From Oculina patagonica (taxonomy: Eukaryota): 64,000 nt of DNA. The translations under genes and the position numbers were made by a program. Position 1 is the stretch's first letter. Each line of letters begins with the position of its first letter. The stretch covers positions 49,166,001 through 49,230,000 of the forward strand of contig NC_135761.1 of the NCBI RefSeq assembly GCF_052425735.1, in the 5' to 3' direction. Positions 1 through 11,955 of the stretch are shown here, piece after piece. The notes beneath the pieces were generated by a model that searched no databases, was not told the DNA's origin, and saw only the letters and a program-made list of their open reading frames with translations.

Positions 1-219
1 CCCATGCATAGTACTAGTTCTAACACAGAGGGCACGTAGTTGAAATGTACAGTATTTCTTTGGCTTGATAATGTACAGAAAAATATGCAAAACATCGTTG
101 ACAAGTTTCTTAGGCCTTTTTTGCATCAATAGCTAGTATGTGCAAAAATTTAGCTCAAGATATTTCACAGACAATTTATTTAATAATCATCTGTCACCAT
201 GCATTTCACTTGGAAAGAT

Positions 220-418
220 AATTTGCTGGCCGCTTAATGGAGGTAAAAAACAATATAAATAATACACTTGCAACAGCAAAAAGGTGGCCGCAGCCGCTTA
301 ATGGAGGTGGCTGTTGAATAGAGGAATCAAATACAGCAGTTTACTGACAAATAAATCGGAACTTTGGTAAGTGGCCGCTTAATGGAGGGTTGCCGCTTAA
401 TAGAGGTCGCACTGTATA
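220..418. mobile_element. Partial MITE with repeated GTGGCCGCTTAATGGAGG and a terminal ...CACTGTA
   Basis: Four copies of the gccgcttaat motif; only one end recognisable. Confidence 0.5.
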
Positions 419-561
419 TCATTGTAACATCATCTTTTCAAAGTAAAGGTCATTTAGTAGAAAAGGCTGGGTGTGTTGTATTATAACCAAACGTATCTTT
501 GGTTTGGGTGTAAAATTAAGGGAACTAAATCAAATCATCATCAAATGGTACCCTACTGCAG

Positions 562-771
562 AGGGTACCAAAGGGGGGTTCGTGATCCCGTTTCACGCAC
601 AAGTTTTAACCAAATTCACGTGTCACGTATACTTAAACAGCAAAATTCACGGATCACGTTTCTTTTCTAACTATTTTTCACGCGACACGGACTAATTTTT
701 GCCCTATTTTCACGCGTCACGGACTAATTTTTGCCCTTTTCACGTGTCACGCATAAACCCTTTGCCCCCCT
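562..771. mobile_element. Short non-autonomous DNA element with a direct flanking repeat
   Basis: CTACTGCAG at 553-561 and 772-780; imperfect TIR (GAGGG..CAAAGGG / CCCTTTG..CCCTC); internal ttcacgcgtcacggactaatttttgccc repeats. The TSD is 7 or 9 bp depending on where the TIR is placed. Confidence 0.7.
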
Positions 772-799
772 CTACTGCAGGCCTATAGTCAGTAATAGA

Positions 800-1225
800 C
801 CCGGGAGGGGGGGGGGGTACTCCCATATGTGGCCTATAGAGTTATGTGCCGCTCGATAGGGTATGGTTTTTGAGGTTCTCGGTCCTTAAATAGGGTATTA
901 TTTTTGCTCCTTTTGGCAATGTGTTCCTGGTGTGATCCTTAGATAGGGTACCTAAATTCTATTAGCTAAAATAAACGCCCAGCTAAACGAAAAAAAGGTA
1001 TCTAAAAACTGAATTTTCTCTTCAGGTATTAGTAAAGCGATTTTAGAAAGATTTGGTCGTCACGGAACGCTTCTCCTCCCCTTGAATGGGTGTAATTTTT
1101 CCGTTTTGGGCCTTAAAAAGGGTATCAATTTTCACTTTCTTTATCCTTATATAGGGTCAAGGTTTAAGAACCTTGGCGGCACACCCCTATCCGAAATTTA
1201 TGGGAGTACGCCCCCCCCCCCCGGG
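800..1225. mobile_element. MITE with CCCGGG-polyG-TACTCCCATA termini
   Basis: Inverted termini; GTAATAGA duplicated at 792-799 and 1227-1234. Related copies at 1645-2081 and about 58411-58590. Confidence 0.8.
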
Positions 1226-1384
1226 GGTAATAGAGAGTTGATGTTACACATCTACAGGTACACACTATAGGTGCAATTCATCTGTAACTTGGTCAGACAA
1301 GCCAAGTATATGGTGCATGGTTTAAAATTTCTGTTGGTTTATTGGCAGACCAAAGATGTTAAATCTGTCTTATTAATGTTGCAG

Positions 1385-4300
1385 ATCTACGTTGTTGAAA
1401 ATAATCTTGAGATTTATGCAAGGCACCTTTTGCTTTTATCTATCGCACTTGAACCCAGAGACAGACTGGGCCTGCAAGGTGAGCAGAGACAATGTGGGGG
1501 TATGGGTTGGGGGGGGGGGGACAGTGATCAATGCTTAACAATAGCAGTGTATTGCTAAATAGATAGATGAAGAGAATTAGGAAAGTCATCACCTTGTGTA
1601 TGTTACCTTGAGGTGCAGCCGCCTAATGGCTTGTGTGTTGTACACCGGAGGCGGGGGGGGGGGGGGGGGGGGGAGGAATTCCATATATGAGCTATATAGA
1701 TATGTGCCACTGTGAAGGGTTTGGTTTCCAAGTAGCTTTGTCTGAGATTGGGTAAGGAAGTCAGTCGGTTTTGGTTTAGAATAGGGTATCATTTGCTGGA
1801 AAACTGATCAGTAGTATGAGGAATTATGTCCGAAATAGGAATAGAACCTCGAAAGAGAAAGAGGCCATCTTTAACATGAATAAAATCATCAGATGGCTTT
1901 CCTCAAAAAAACACAAATAGTGATACAGTTCTACAAAAGGTCTGGGAGAGGGTACGGATTTTTGATGTCTGGTCTAGTATGGGGTTTCAAAATCAGCTGA
2001 ACATGGTCTAGTATAGGGTAAGGGTTTCAGAGTTTCAGCGGGGCACTCTCTCCCAAAGAAATTATGAGTGCCGTCCCTGGGGTTGAACATTCCCATCCCC
2101 AGAGCCATGCTGTTCTTTTATCAGCACCAAGAATATAAACTGGTCAAGTCCAATTTTTTGAACATGTAAATAGTAAGAGTGTCTTTTTCATAATTTTGTA
2201 GAAAGGACAGAGCTATTCCTTGAACTGTTTGGGAATAGCCTTGTGAGACCACAAGCAAGTGAATATTTACAACAGAAATCAACTGACTTTATCAGGTACC
2301 TTGTTAAATCTTTGGATGTTTTCACTGTAATCAAGAAGGCGACTGGGGACTCCCTTAACCCTTTAACCGTTTTTTTGTTGTGGGCTTTTCTATGAAGGTT
2401 TGTTGTCACTGGCATTAGGAGCATAGCAAACAGTTGAAAGCATGGTAAACTATATACGGTTTTTAAGAGCACAGAATGTGCTTTCCGCTGTTGATGAGAT
2501 TTCGATTGACAGGTGAACCCCTATGGAGTTATGACGTCATAAATGTACATTTTTGGTAATATTTAACCTATGAGAGTTAATTATTTGTAGTTAAACAATC
2601 AAGAGAATAAGTGCTAGGAGCTTTTTGGGGCTAAAATATGTAATAACAGTCTGTAACAGACTGACTGACAAAGTTTCAGTTAAATAGATAAAATTGTTTG
2701 CAAGTATGACAACTTTGAAGTTGGCAGGTTTTCACCCTTTATTTTTCATTTTTCACTAATATGCAAGATCACAAAGTTGGTTTGAACACAATCAGTTAAT
2801 TTTAAATGGTCTCTTCCATATCATAGTTCTTTTGAAAGAGCAATATCTTCTCATTCTTAAGAATACCTGATCAACTTTTAAAACTTCATTATTTTTTCAT
2901 AGCGCGTATGTCAAGTCATCGTTCGCCGGCGAACGATAACTAGAAGAAAAAGCGTAAAACGGTTAAATTAATGATTTACATGTATCTAGTGGTTAACATT
3001 ATGCACCCTTTCTGACAACTGGCCCCTAGCGTATAAATGGTACCAGAGAATAAATGCTTGATGGAGAAGGTGACACTGGGATGGTCTAGCATCCCATCAT
3101 GGGATTATTAGATACAAAATGTAATTTACGCCTAGACACTTGATGCTACTGAAACTTGATAATAATATGCATGTAATAACAAGCCTGATGGGCTACTAGG
3201 CTTGAATGCAGACTTAATCTTCAGTACTGTTGTAGTAACATGAATCTACCCCTGCAAGGCAGAACTGTTACAAATAGTTTAATTATTTTTGCGTTGTCAA
3301 GTTAATGGGAGAATTTTAGCAAGTCAGTTCATGATCATTTGTCACAACATAATTTTAATACTTGGAAATTAGAACAGATTAAATCACTTGTTGTAAAGAT
3401 GGCTCAATGTTAACAGTTTTGTTATGTTTTGAATTAATTTTTCAGGATGATAACAGATCCAGATTATCTTGAAGCTTGTTTGCCTGTGTTCAACTTTTCA
3501 CAGCTAAAGGTTATTAATTCACATGCCACAAAATCCTGCTTATATGTCCCCCTGCAGTGATTATGAGCTCCCCTGGTTATAGGTCCATCCCCACCCAGCC
3601 AGATATAAGTCCCCCCCCCACCTAGATATATGCCCCCTGGGCACTAATTTCTCTTGTTGTTATAATATTAAGCACTCTCACTGAACACTGTAAGTACTTC
3701 AAACAGAAAATTAGGCAACCTTACAAAACAATAGGTTTGTTGCTTTTCCGTTATGTTCTTGTTGTTATAGTTTTAAATTTGTTCCAAGTATTAAATGAAT
3801 TCAGTTGTTGAGACATTTTAATGCTTACAGTAGATCAACATTGCTGTTAGTAGCCCATTTGAAGCATTATTTTATTTCACTTATAACCCACACCCCCCCC
3901 CCCCCCCACCTGATATAAGCCCCTCTATTTATAAGCCCATCCAAAAACCCTTAGGAAGTTGTATTAGCCCAGGCCAGGGATTATAGTAACTGGAATTTTA
4001 TTAAAGAATTAAAGAATTTGGTATACAGTTGAAGCTCTCTTAACGGACACTCTCGAAAGCAGACAGCGCCACTTACGGCTGTCTTGTTTGAAACCCCATT
4101 TTAACTCTCATACAATCTCTGTATTTTTACATTCTCGTAAACAGACATTCCGTAAACGGCCGCAGACACTTTCAAAGATTACGACTTAGACTTTTTCTTT
4201 GTTTTTAAGCTCCTGTAAGCGGACACACCGAAGAGAAACCTGTTAACAACCTCTGTATCTTGTTTTTATCAATCAACTTCACATCATGGTTCATCACAAT

Positions 4301-7300
4301 GATTTTACAGTAATTACAGTACCATATTTTGGTGTTTGTTTTGTCGTCATCCACGTATGCCCGGTTATTGTTAGCTGGGCAAGCTCCCGTTAGCGGCCAT
4401 CTATGCCCTACACATCTAGTGGCCGCTTACGAGAACCATTCTCATAAGCGGTCAGCTCCACTTATGGACACTTTTTGTCGCTTCCTGAGTGTGGCTGCTT
4501 ATGAGAGCTTCAACTGTTCCAAGAAGAAGCAAATGTGGTTAAAATTGGGAAGCATTGAAAAATTAACAAACTGCAAATTCGAAAAAGAAAGCCATTATTT
4601 TCAAGATGAACATGTATGATAGAGTACCTTCAAATAAAGAAATTTCAACAGTGCATCTTTTTCTTCATTTGTTAGAATTGAAAAGGAAAGGATTTTTAGA
4701 ATGTACAAATTTAAAATATTTACTCTTGGCGAGTAACTTGCTGTGTTTTTTTTTAGATGAAGCCTGGTGGAGAGAGTTCTGCCTATTTTGTTAATTCTTA
4801 TAATACAGCATTCAATACATGTCCCAGAATTTCTATTTAATGTCGATGACAGTTTAAACATTTTTTTTTCGGGGCCTGTTTATCTCATCTAGTTTAAGGA
4901 GAGAGATCAGTTGGAGAGCATCTTTAAATTCTGGAGAAATACAGATCCCAAGCTGTTTGATATCTGCAAACACTGGTAAGTGATAGACTTAATAACATTG
5001 TTGCTTGGTATTCACAAATACGAATTGGTAGACCATGAATGGGGAGGTGCAATAGCCCAATGGGTTGCGTGCCAGACTCCCGATTGAGCGGTCTGAGTAT
5101 GAGCCCAGGCCAGGGCACTGTGTTGTGTTCTTGGGCAAGACACTTTACCCTCACAGTGCCTCTCTTCACCCAGGGGTATAAATGGGTACCAGCGAATTTA
5201 CTGCTGGAGGTAACCATGCAACAGACTAGCATCCCATCCAGGGGGGAGTAGCAATACTCCTAGCCGCTCAACGCTACAGAAACTGGGATTAAGCTCTGGT
5301 CCTGATGGGCTACTTGGCTCGACAGCAGGCATTTTAGACCATAGTGGTACCACTTTTCTGCTAGTGCTTTTGAGTGAGAAAGAAAAAGAGGAAAAAAAGA
5401 CTGCAAAACAGTCGTATCTTTTGCGAACACGCTCGGTCTTCGAATGAGAGCAAGAAGTCTGAAGCTCAACGTTCGGCGCTTCACGCCTTCGATAAGCGTT
5501 TTTTCCAATGACTTTAGAGAAAAAACGACTGTTTTGCAGTGTAAGGAAAAATGGCACATACAAACAGTGGTGAGCTGTACAGGAAAGGAGAACAAGAAGC
5601 AAAGCTAGGGAGGACGACCATTTTTGCAGCCAAGTGGTTTTGTTTGGTGAATAACATCATTTGGCACTGCAATCTAACTAGATCTTTACATCTTGTCAAT
5701 TTCCCTAGTTATTGGCAATTACAAAAAAAAGAAACTGGGATAAAGAGGACTCCCGAATTTTCAATCCTCCAGGAGAAAGGAAAATTGGTTTGAGAAATTG
5801 AGGGCAAAATTACAGAGAAGTACTACCCAAAGGAAACAAAAATTGGACTGAGAAATCCGCGGCGGGGGTAAACTTACAGAGAAGTACTACCCAAAAGAAA
5901 CGACAATTGGTTTGAGAAATCGGGATTCTACTGTATTCCGAAAAAGTTAGTTTATTAATACAAAAATTAATGATATTATTATAATTTATTGATTTTACCC
6001 AGGGAGGAGAGACTAAGGCAGTATTTTGCTGTTCGTTATGACTCAAGGCAGAATATTTTTGATTGGGACTACAATATGAAATTGTCAAAAAAGGTAAACA
6101 GTAACATTTTATTTTACTGTGTATCAATCTTACGTACTTAATCCTTGTCTTAGTTTTAGTATTAATTCTAATACTAATTTTATTGTGTAATCTGCAAAAG
6201 GCACAGCCCATGATGACTCCAGTTGTGCAAACGTGCATGTGCTAGTGTTAAAATGTGATACAAGATGCGAGTGCTTGAATGTGTTCGTTCGCTCGAAAGT
6301 TAATCCTGATCAGCATTAGGCGCGGTGCTCTAATGGTTAGCGCTTGGCTCCGAGTTGAACGGCCCCGGTTCGAGACCTGGCCGGGGCGCTGCGTTGTGTT
6401 CTTGGGCAAGACACCTTACTCTCACAGTGCCTCTCTCCACCCAGGTGTATAACTGGGTACCGGCGAAATTACTGCTGGGGGGTAACCCTGCGATGGACAA
6501 GCATCTCATCCAGGGGGGAGTAGCAATACTTCTAGTCGCTTAATGCTACTGAAACCGGGATAAGCTCCGGCTGTATGGGCCACTTAGGCTCGGACACAGA
6601 CTTTACCTTATATAGATTTAAGTCTAAAAGCGGAGCTCCACACTTATTTTCTGGTTCTTAAAATTTTGTCAAAATACCATCATTGAAAATACTGTTATTG
6701 CAGTTATTAAACGTATACTCCTTAAGAAAGATTCATAGCCGAAATAAATGTGCTGAAACATTGTCTCTTGTATTTGATATATCACGTGAAATAAAATCAA
6801 TCTGTTATCTTGGTTTCAGGCATCAATTATCAATAGTCATGAGTACAAGAGCTGGCGTGAACAAGGTTTGGCTTTTGAGCTGCGAAGTGACTCTACATAT
6901 GAAGTATCTAACAGAACTTTGGCCTCTGGTATTATCATCAAGAAGGTAGTTACATATATAACGTTCTTTCCCACAAATTTAATTTTTCTAACAGTTTTTA
7001 ACAAACATTCGGTGATTTGATAGTATGATCTGCCGTAAATCCTATGGGTACTCAATGGAAGGGGTTTGTGAACCCCCAAAAGATCGAAATCGCCAATTTT
7101 AAACCTATCCGTTGCATTTATAATTGAGTGGGCTTCCCCGGGGAGCTTATTCATCACATGGGTTTCGCCCAATCATTTCATAGTGTGTACGCCAATGTCT
7201 GTACCAAATTCACAACATCATCGACACAGAAAAAGAAGACAATATTAATGTTCTTTCATTTATCACTTTCTTTATTTTGTTTGAATTGTGTTAGGAAGGA

Positions 7301-10300
7301 GAGCGAATTGCGCGCCGAGGGTACTGGGGCGACATCATAAACAGCCCGTATTTAGCATTTGGTATTGAGAGCGAGGAGGAGTCACTCTTTAGAACTTCCA
7401 ATGGACAGCATGTAAAGGTGAGTATGCGCCTTCAGATTATTTTGTGTATTTCCCTGATAGTGTAGTATTGTCGAGTGTGAAGCAAAAAAGGCTCGAAATG
7501 GGAATAAGGCTGCGGTCACACTTGATGCCTGGGCACGGTGCCCGAGTACGATTCACGCTGGGCACTAATGTGAACATACTATTTTTTCAAGTACCCACGC
7601 CATAATTCGGGCACGGTCCCCGTGCCTGATTACAAGGTCGAGACCTTTTACTCAGACCTTTAACAAAACACCGCAAAACATACTAAGATATGTGTAATGA
7701 GTGAAGGGTTTTAAGATTCTTTGAAACGCGAACGAGATATTTCCGTTAAACCCATGTTAAGCGTTGAAAAAAAGGACTTCAGGTAACCCCCAGCCGTTGG
7801 TTTGACAGGGTTTGCCTCCTGTAAAGCGCTTTTGGACTTTGAGGATGTTAGCGCTATATAAATATTTTATGATTATTATTATTGTTCATCATCAGAGATG
7901 ATGATGATCTTAGGAGGATTTTCAAAACCATAAAGGATAAAAATTGTCTATAATTTGTTTGTTTCGAAATATTTGTTGTGTCGAAAGGCCTAAACTAGAC
8001 TATTCAAGAAAATTCGCGACTTTCCGATTTTTATTGGGATTCGAAGTAAGTAGAAAGGCTCCGAAAAACTTAGATGAAATGGAAAAGCCATAAGCAGCCA
8101 GTTATAAATTTTAGCCATACTCGACTTATTTGACTTATATTTTGCGATTTGTTTTCGTCTCAGACAGCAACAAATGTATCGGAATATAACGTCACCGCTC
8201 TTATGCACGAAATCATGGCTGGTGAAAAATATGTCCAGCCAAAGATTGACGAGAAGAAAGAAAAGAAAGAGAAGGCGACATTGCAAAAAGTTAAGGAAGA
8301 AGACGAAGAAGAAGAAGCCGAAGAAATTGAAAGTACAAAGAGAAAAGAAGCAGTTAAGGATACCACGCAGCAAACACAAGGTAATCAGTCTGATGTTTCG
8401 CTTCTACGAAGTTACTCCCCCCCCCCTCCATCAGCTCCTTTCCCTTTCTTGAACGGACGATGCCATCATTGGCAATCCTTTAGTGATAGACGATTTCATA
8501 TCTGCCCTTGTTTAGGCCTGGACTAGGTCGAAACTGTGCTCTGATAATAACACGATTTACTGTTACGCTTTGGTAAGGTCTAGGGGTACTGTCCGCTATT
8601 ATAGATGCGACACTTTAAGAACCTTATCTGCAGTTGTGTTGCATTCGTGCGTTTCTTTTTGTCTTTCGGTTTGGTGAGAGGAGAACAAAAAGTGCGACGC
8701 TCAAGTGGGCCAAAAAGCCGGGATCAACGTGGTTGTGTAGTGGTGGGAGAGGGATGCTAACAGGCCAGAAGTTCCGGGTTCGATCCTGGGTGGTGACATG
8801 CATTATTATGGTAGTGCCTCATGCCACATTGCAATCCCTAAAAAAACTGCAATAATTCCGACCCCGAACTGCACTCGGCGCTAATTTATATGCCGTTGTG
8901 ACCGTGTGTGTTTATTATACGACATAACAAATGGTGGACGTTCCTTAAGTCCACCGTTTTGTGTAAATGCTGTATTTTTTTCAGGTTACATGAAGTGTCC
9001 TGGTATCAGGGTCAGCTTCCTCCCTCTGAACTGTGTTCCTGATCTCTCCAAGAAAAGCAAGTACAACAAGCTGTTTGACGTCATTTACTTCTCAAACAGG
9101 TATGCGATCACGTGATAGACACGTTTATGTTATTATTGCGACTGAGTAAGGCAAGGTCCGTTTTCGGAAGATCACTCAACTGTACTGCGCTTACTGAGAG
9201 TATGATCGTTTAACTAACGTCTTGAGGAGAAGAAAGGGCTAAAAAGAGGCCTTTTAAACTGGAAAGAAGAAAAGAACATTTACGCGTCTTTTAGTGAACA
9301 TTAATGAAACTTGTCCTTAGTTGAGACGAGCAAGGCGCTCCCGCATTTATTCGTTTCACGCGTTCTTTTTCTGTAAATCGGCTGGTCAATTATACAGGTT
9401 GTTTCTAAATTAACCATCCGAAGGCAACGACTTCCCAAAAATAGCGATCCCTTTTGCCCCCCTAAATCCAGCGGCTCTTCCTTTCAGAATTCAACGGCAT
9501 TCTATTTCATACTTTTTTCCCACCCAAAAACAGTTCCTTCTAGGACTTTTTTGACTTTCAGGCCTACGGTTTTTGATTAGAAGAGCAATGTGGAAAATGA
9601 ACAGTGCATTGACATATTCATACGCAAACCTTCAATCATTACGTCACAGTGATCGAGTTTCAAAATTTTTTTTAACCAAATCGAGCTGACGCATCCAAAC
9701 TTCCACTGATCTAGAGTTATATCATTTTCAGTATGGTTCATTTATTGACTCCAGAGGTAAAGGAGATATTTGCTGATGAAGCCCTTATCATCACTGAAAC
9801 GACCAAGTAAGTTGTATTGAAGACTTTTTTATTGTTGAAATATAAAATGGCAAGGCTGTTGTGACTTGAGTAATGCTGTGTGCTGTGATTTTTTGTATAA
9901 AGGTTCATGCTGGATCTCAAGCCTGAGCAGATGCAAGAATACCTCAAAAAGATAACATCCATGGCACAGAGTGCTGGCTGTAAGGTATGTTAGTGGTTTT
10001 TAATTTATTGTCGTACAACCAAAACTATTACAACTACAACTGACCAAACACAACTATCGTAAACAACAAAATAAACCAATAGAAACTTTAGGCAAATGTA
10101 CGTAACCGGCGCCAAGGTACGATTTGTTTGGTTGACTAGGTGGCGCAACGAACAAACAAACAAACGAACGACAATCGAGCGAACGAACGACGACGAATGA
10201 ACAACTTCTTCACTGTCAATCGAACTTATTTACTCGTCTACCCATCCTCCAACACACCAAACCCAACAAAGCGGCACAAGTCCCTTGTGACATTGCTGAT

Positions 10301-10456
10301 GGGCTATTCATTTTTCAAAAAGGACTAGAATCTTGTTCACCCTCGTTCCCAAAATGTCACGTGCCTATGTTTAACTATGGTTGCATTCTATTGCAGACGG
10401 CAGTTCCTGCTGATGGAGAGAAAGACGCTCACGCCTTCTTCACTTTTCAAAGATAG
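1385..10456 (+). CDS. DNAAF3: Dynein axonemal assembly factor 3 (PF22) homolog; 5'-partial, 12 coding exons in window
   Basis: Phase-consistent GT-AG exons: 1385-1478, 2202-2295, 3446-3509, 4893-4975, 6003-6093, 6820-6945, 7295-7417, 8164-8380, 8985-9099, 9732-9806, 9903-9984, 10397-10456 (TAG). The translation includes [68 protein letters not shown] and [18 protein letters not shown], which I recognise as DNAAF3 motifs. Candidate AATAAA at 10915-10920. Confidence 0.93.
1645..2081. mobile_element. Degenerate member of the CCCGGG/polyG MITE family
   Basis: Shares the 5' region (ccatat..ctata..tatgtgcc, tagggtat) with 800-1225; flanks GTTGTACA and GTTGAACA. Confidence 0.6.
2355..2971. mobile_element. 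TTAA-flanked non-autonomous element (piggyBac-like)
   Basis: TTAA-CCCTTTAACCGTTTT at the left end and AAAACGGTTAAA-TTAA at the right end; the right TIR lacks the terminal GGG. Confidence 0.45.
4026..4516. mobile_element. Tc1/mariner-type MITE
   Basis: 14-bp TIR CAGTTGAAGCTCTC / GAGAGCTTCAACTG; TA on the left; internal taagcggacac-like repeats. Confidence 0.75.
5041..5335 (+). mobile_element. tRNA-derived SINE with a CORE-like central domain
   Basis: tRNA-like head, then TTGGGCAAGACACTT..CTCACAGTGCCTCTCT..CACCCAGG..TAAATGGGTACC; homologous to 6318-6610 and to a fragment at about 3020-3220. Confidence 0.75.
6318..6610 (+). mobile_element. tRNA-derived SINE (same family as 5041-5335)
   Basis: A-box-like (ctaatggttag) and B-box-like (GGTTCGAGACC) motifs followed by the same core and tail. 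Confidence 0.78.
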
Positions 10457-10626
10457 CATTCACTAAGTGCAATCTCCATGATCTCCTTGAAGTCCGTTTT
10501 TGCGTGACTTGTCTTTCGTGACATAAAACTTTTCGCTTAACTTGTTACATATTTATTTAAAGGTGCGTCGAGTAAATACTAATGCGTCAAACAAGTGCCA
10601 AGAAAAAAATGATGACGGACTAGTCA

Positions 10627-10772
10627 CAGACTCGTACCCAGTCGTTACTCTTTTTTCGTTTTGGCTACGTTCGAAGAGGATGATGGGAAGGACGTAGAAA
10701 GATAAGTTCGTCCTTCCCTTGATGCCTTGCGCGCCGCTTAAAAATCAAGAGAAGCGACTGGGTACGAGTCTG
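10627..10772. mobile_element. 146-bp MITE with 9-bp TSD in the DNAAF3 3' UTR
   Basis: Perfect 18-bp TIR CAGACTCGTACCCAGTCG; TSD GACTAGTCA at 10618-26 and 10773-81. Confidence 0.88.
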
Positions 10773-11672
10773 GACTAGTCATTAGAATCAAAAATATTTC
10801 CGATAAAATTATGTTTGCAATACATTTTGTAACGCAACATCTGGTCACGCAACGATTTTTTTAAAGCTTTGTGTTTCCGTCTTTTCGATCTTTTTTAATA
10901 TTTATTTCAAGCTAAATAAACAAAATAAATATCCTTGTTGTGCAAGTTTCTTGAAGGTTTATTTTGTGTCACATGTTTATTTTATGTAATCTTTAATATT
11001 AGTTCTGATTTTAAGACTACCGAAGAAAAGTCTTAAAATTCTTAACATCAGATTTGAGAATTTTGATAAAAGGGATCTGAATTGCCTTTTAACTGGGAAA
11101 ACATTTGTAACGAATTTTATAATTTGTGCACCAACAGTGTTAAAACGTACGCCTGTGTAGGGTTTCAAGTTTAAGTTCTTGTTTGGCATCATTGCGCTCA
11201 ACTGACACTCCGTAGACTCCGTACGAAATGACTATCTCCTCATTCCCTGCGAGGCTAACTTTCGCTGCAAGCAATTTTCTTGCGTTTTCCAGATTTTTTG
11301 CATATTTTTGGTAGTGGTATTAAATAACTATAATTAGTAGAAACTCAGCTGTGTTCTATTGGAAATCCGCGAATCTGATTGGTTCTCCCACTGTTTTCTA
11401 TTCGCCGTTAGCATAACCACACTGACCTACTATTGGTAATCGCGCAATCTGATTGGCTACACAGGTGCCTACTATCGATCCGTAGAAGGCTCTCGGAGCG
11501 CGCGCGTAGTCTTCGCTGAATTTTATCAATCAAAACCTTCAATAAATCAATTCTAGCGATATTCTGAGTTTAATAGATCGGTCAGTGGGTTATGCTAACA
11601 CAATTAGACGGCTCGCTCTCGGTTTCTACCGGCAGCCGGTAGAAACCTCGAGCTTGCCGTCTAATTGTTAAA

Positions 11673-11707
<35 letters not shown>

Positions 11708-11955
11708 AACAATTTTCTTAGCCAATTCAATATACTTTTGCCAAGCTTTAGAATGAAAAGTGAATAAGGAAATTCTCTTCGCACACTTTTCCGCGCGCAA
11801 ATCTCTCTTTTCGTCACTAATTAATTTATTATGACGTTCATCGCACAACTTAGTTTCGAAAATATTTTCATGCGTAAACTAACACAGTAAAAGTGAGCTA
11901 AGCAGGAAAACAAATCTAGTAAAGAAAAGAAAGCCGTCGAGGCGCTAGTATCAAG

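Noticed and set aside
6318-6390. Possible tRNA gene (A and B boxes)
   Set aside because: It continues directly into a SINE body found in several copies; no convincing cloverleaf or terminator.
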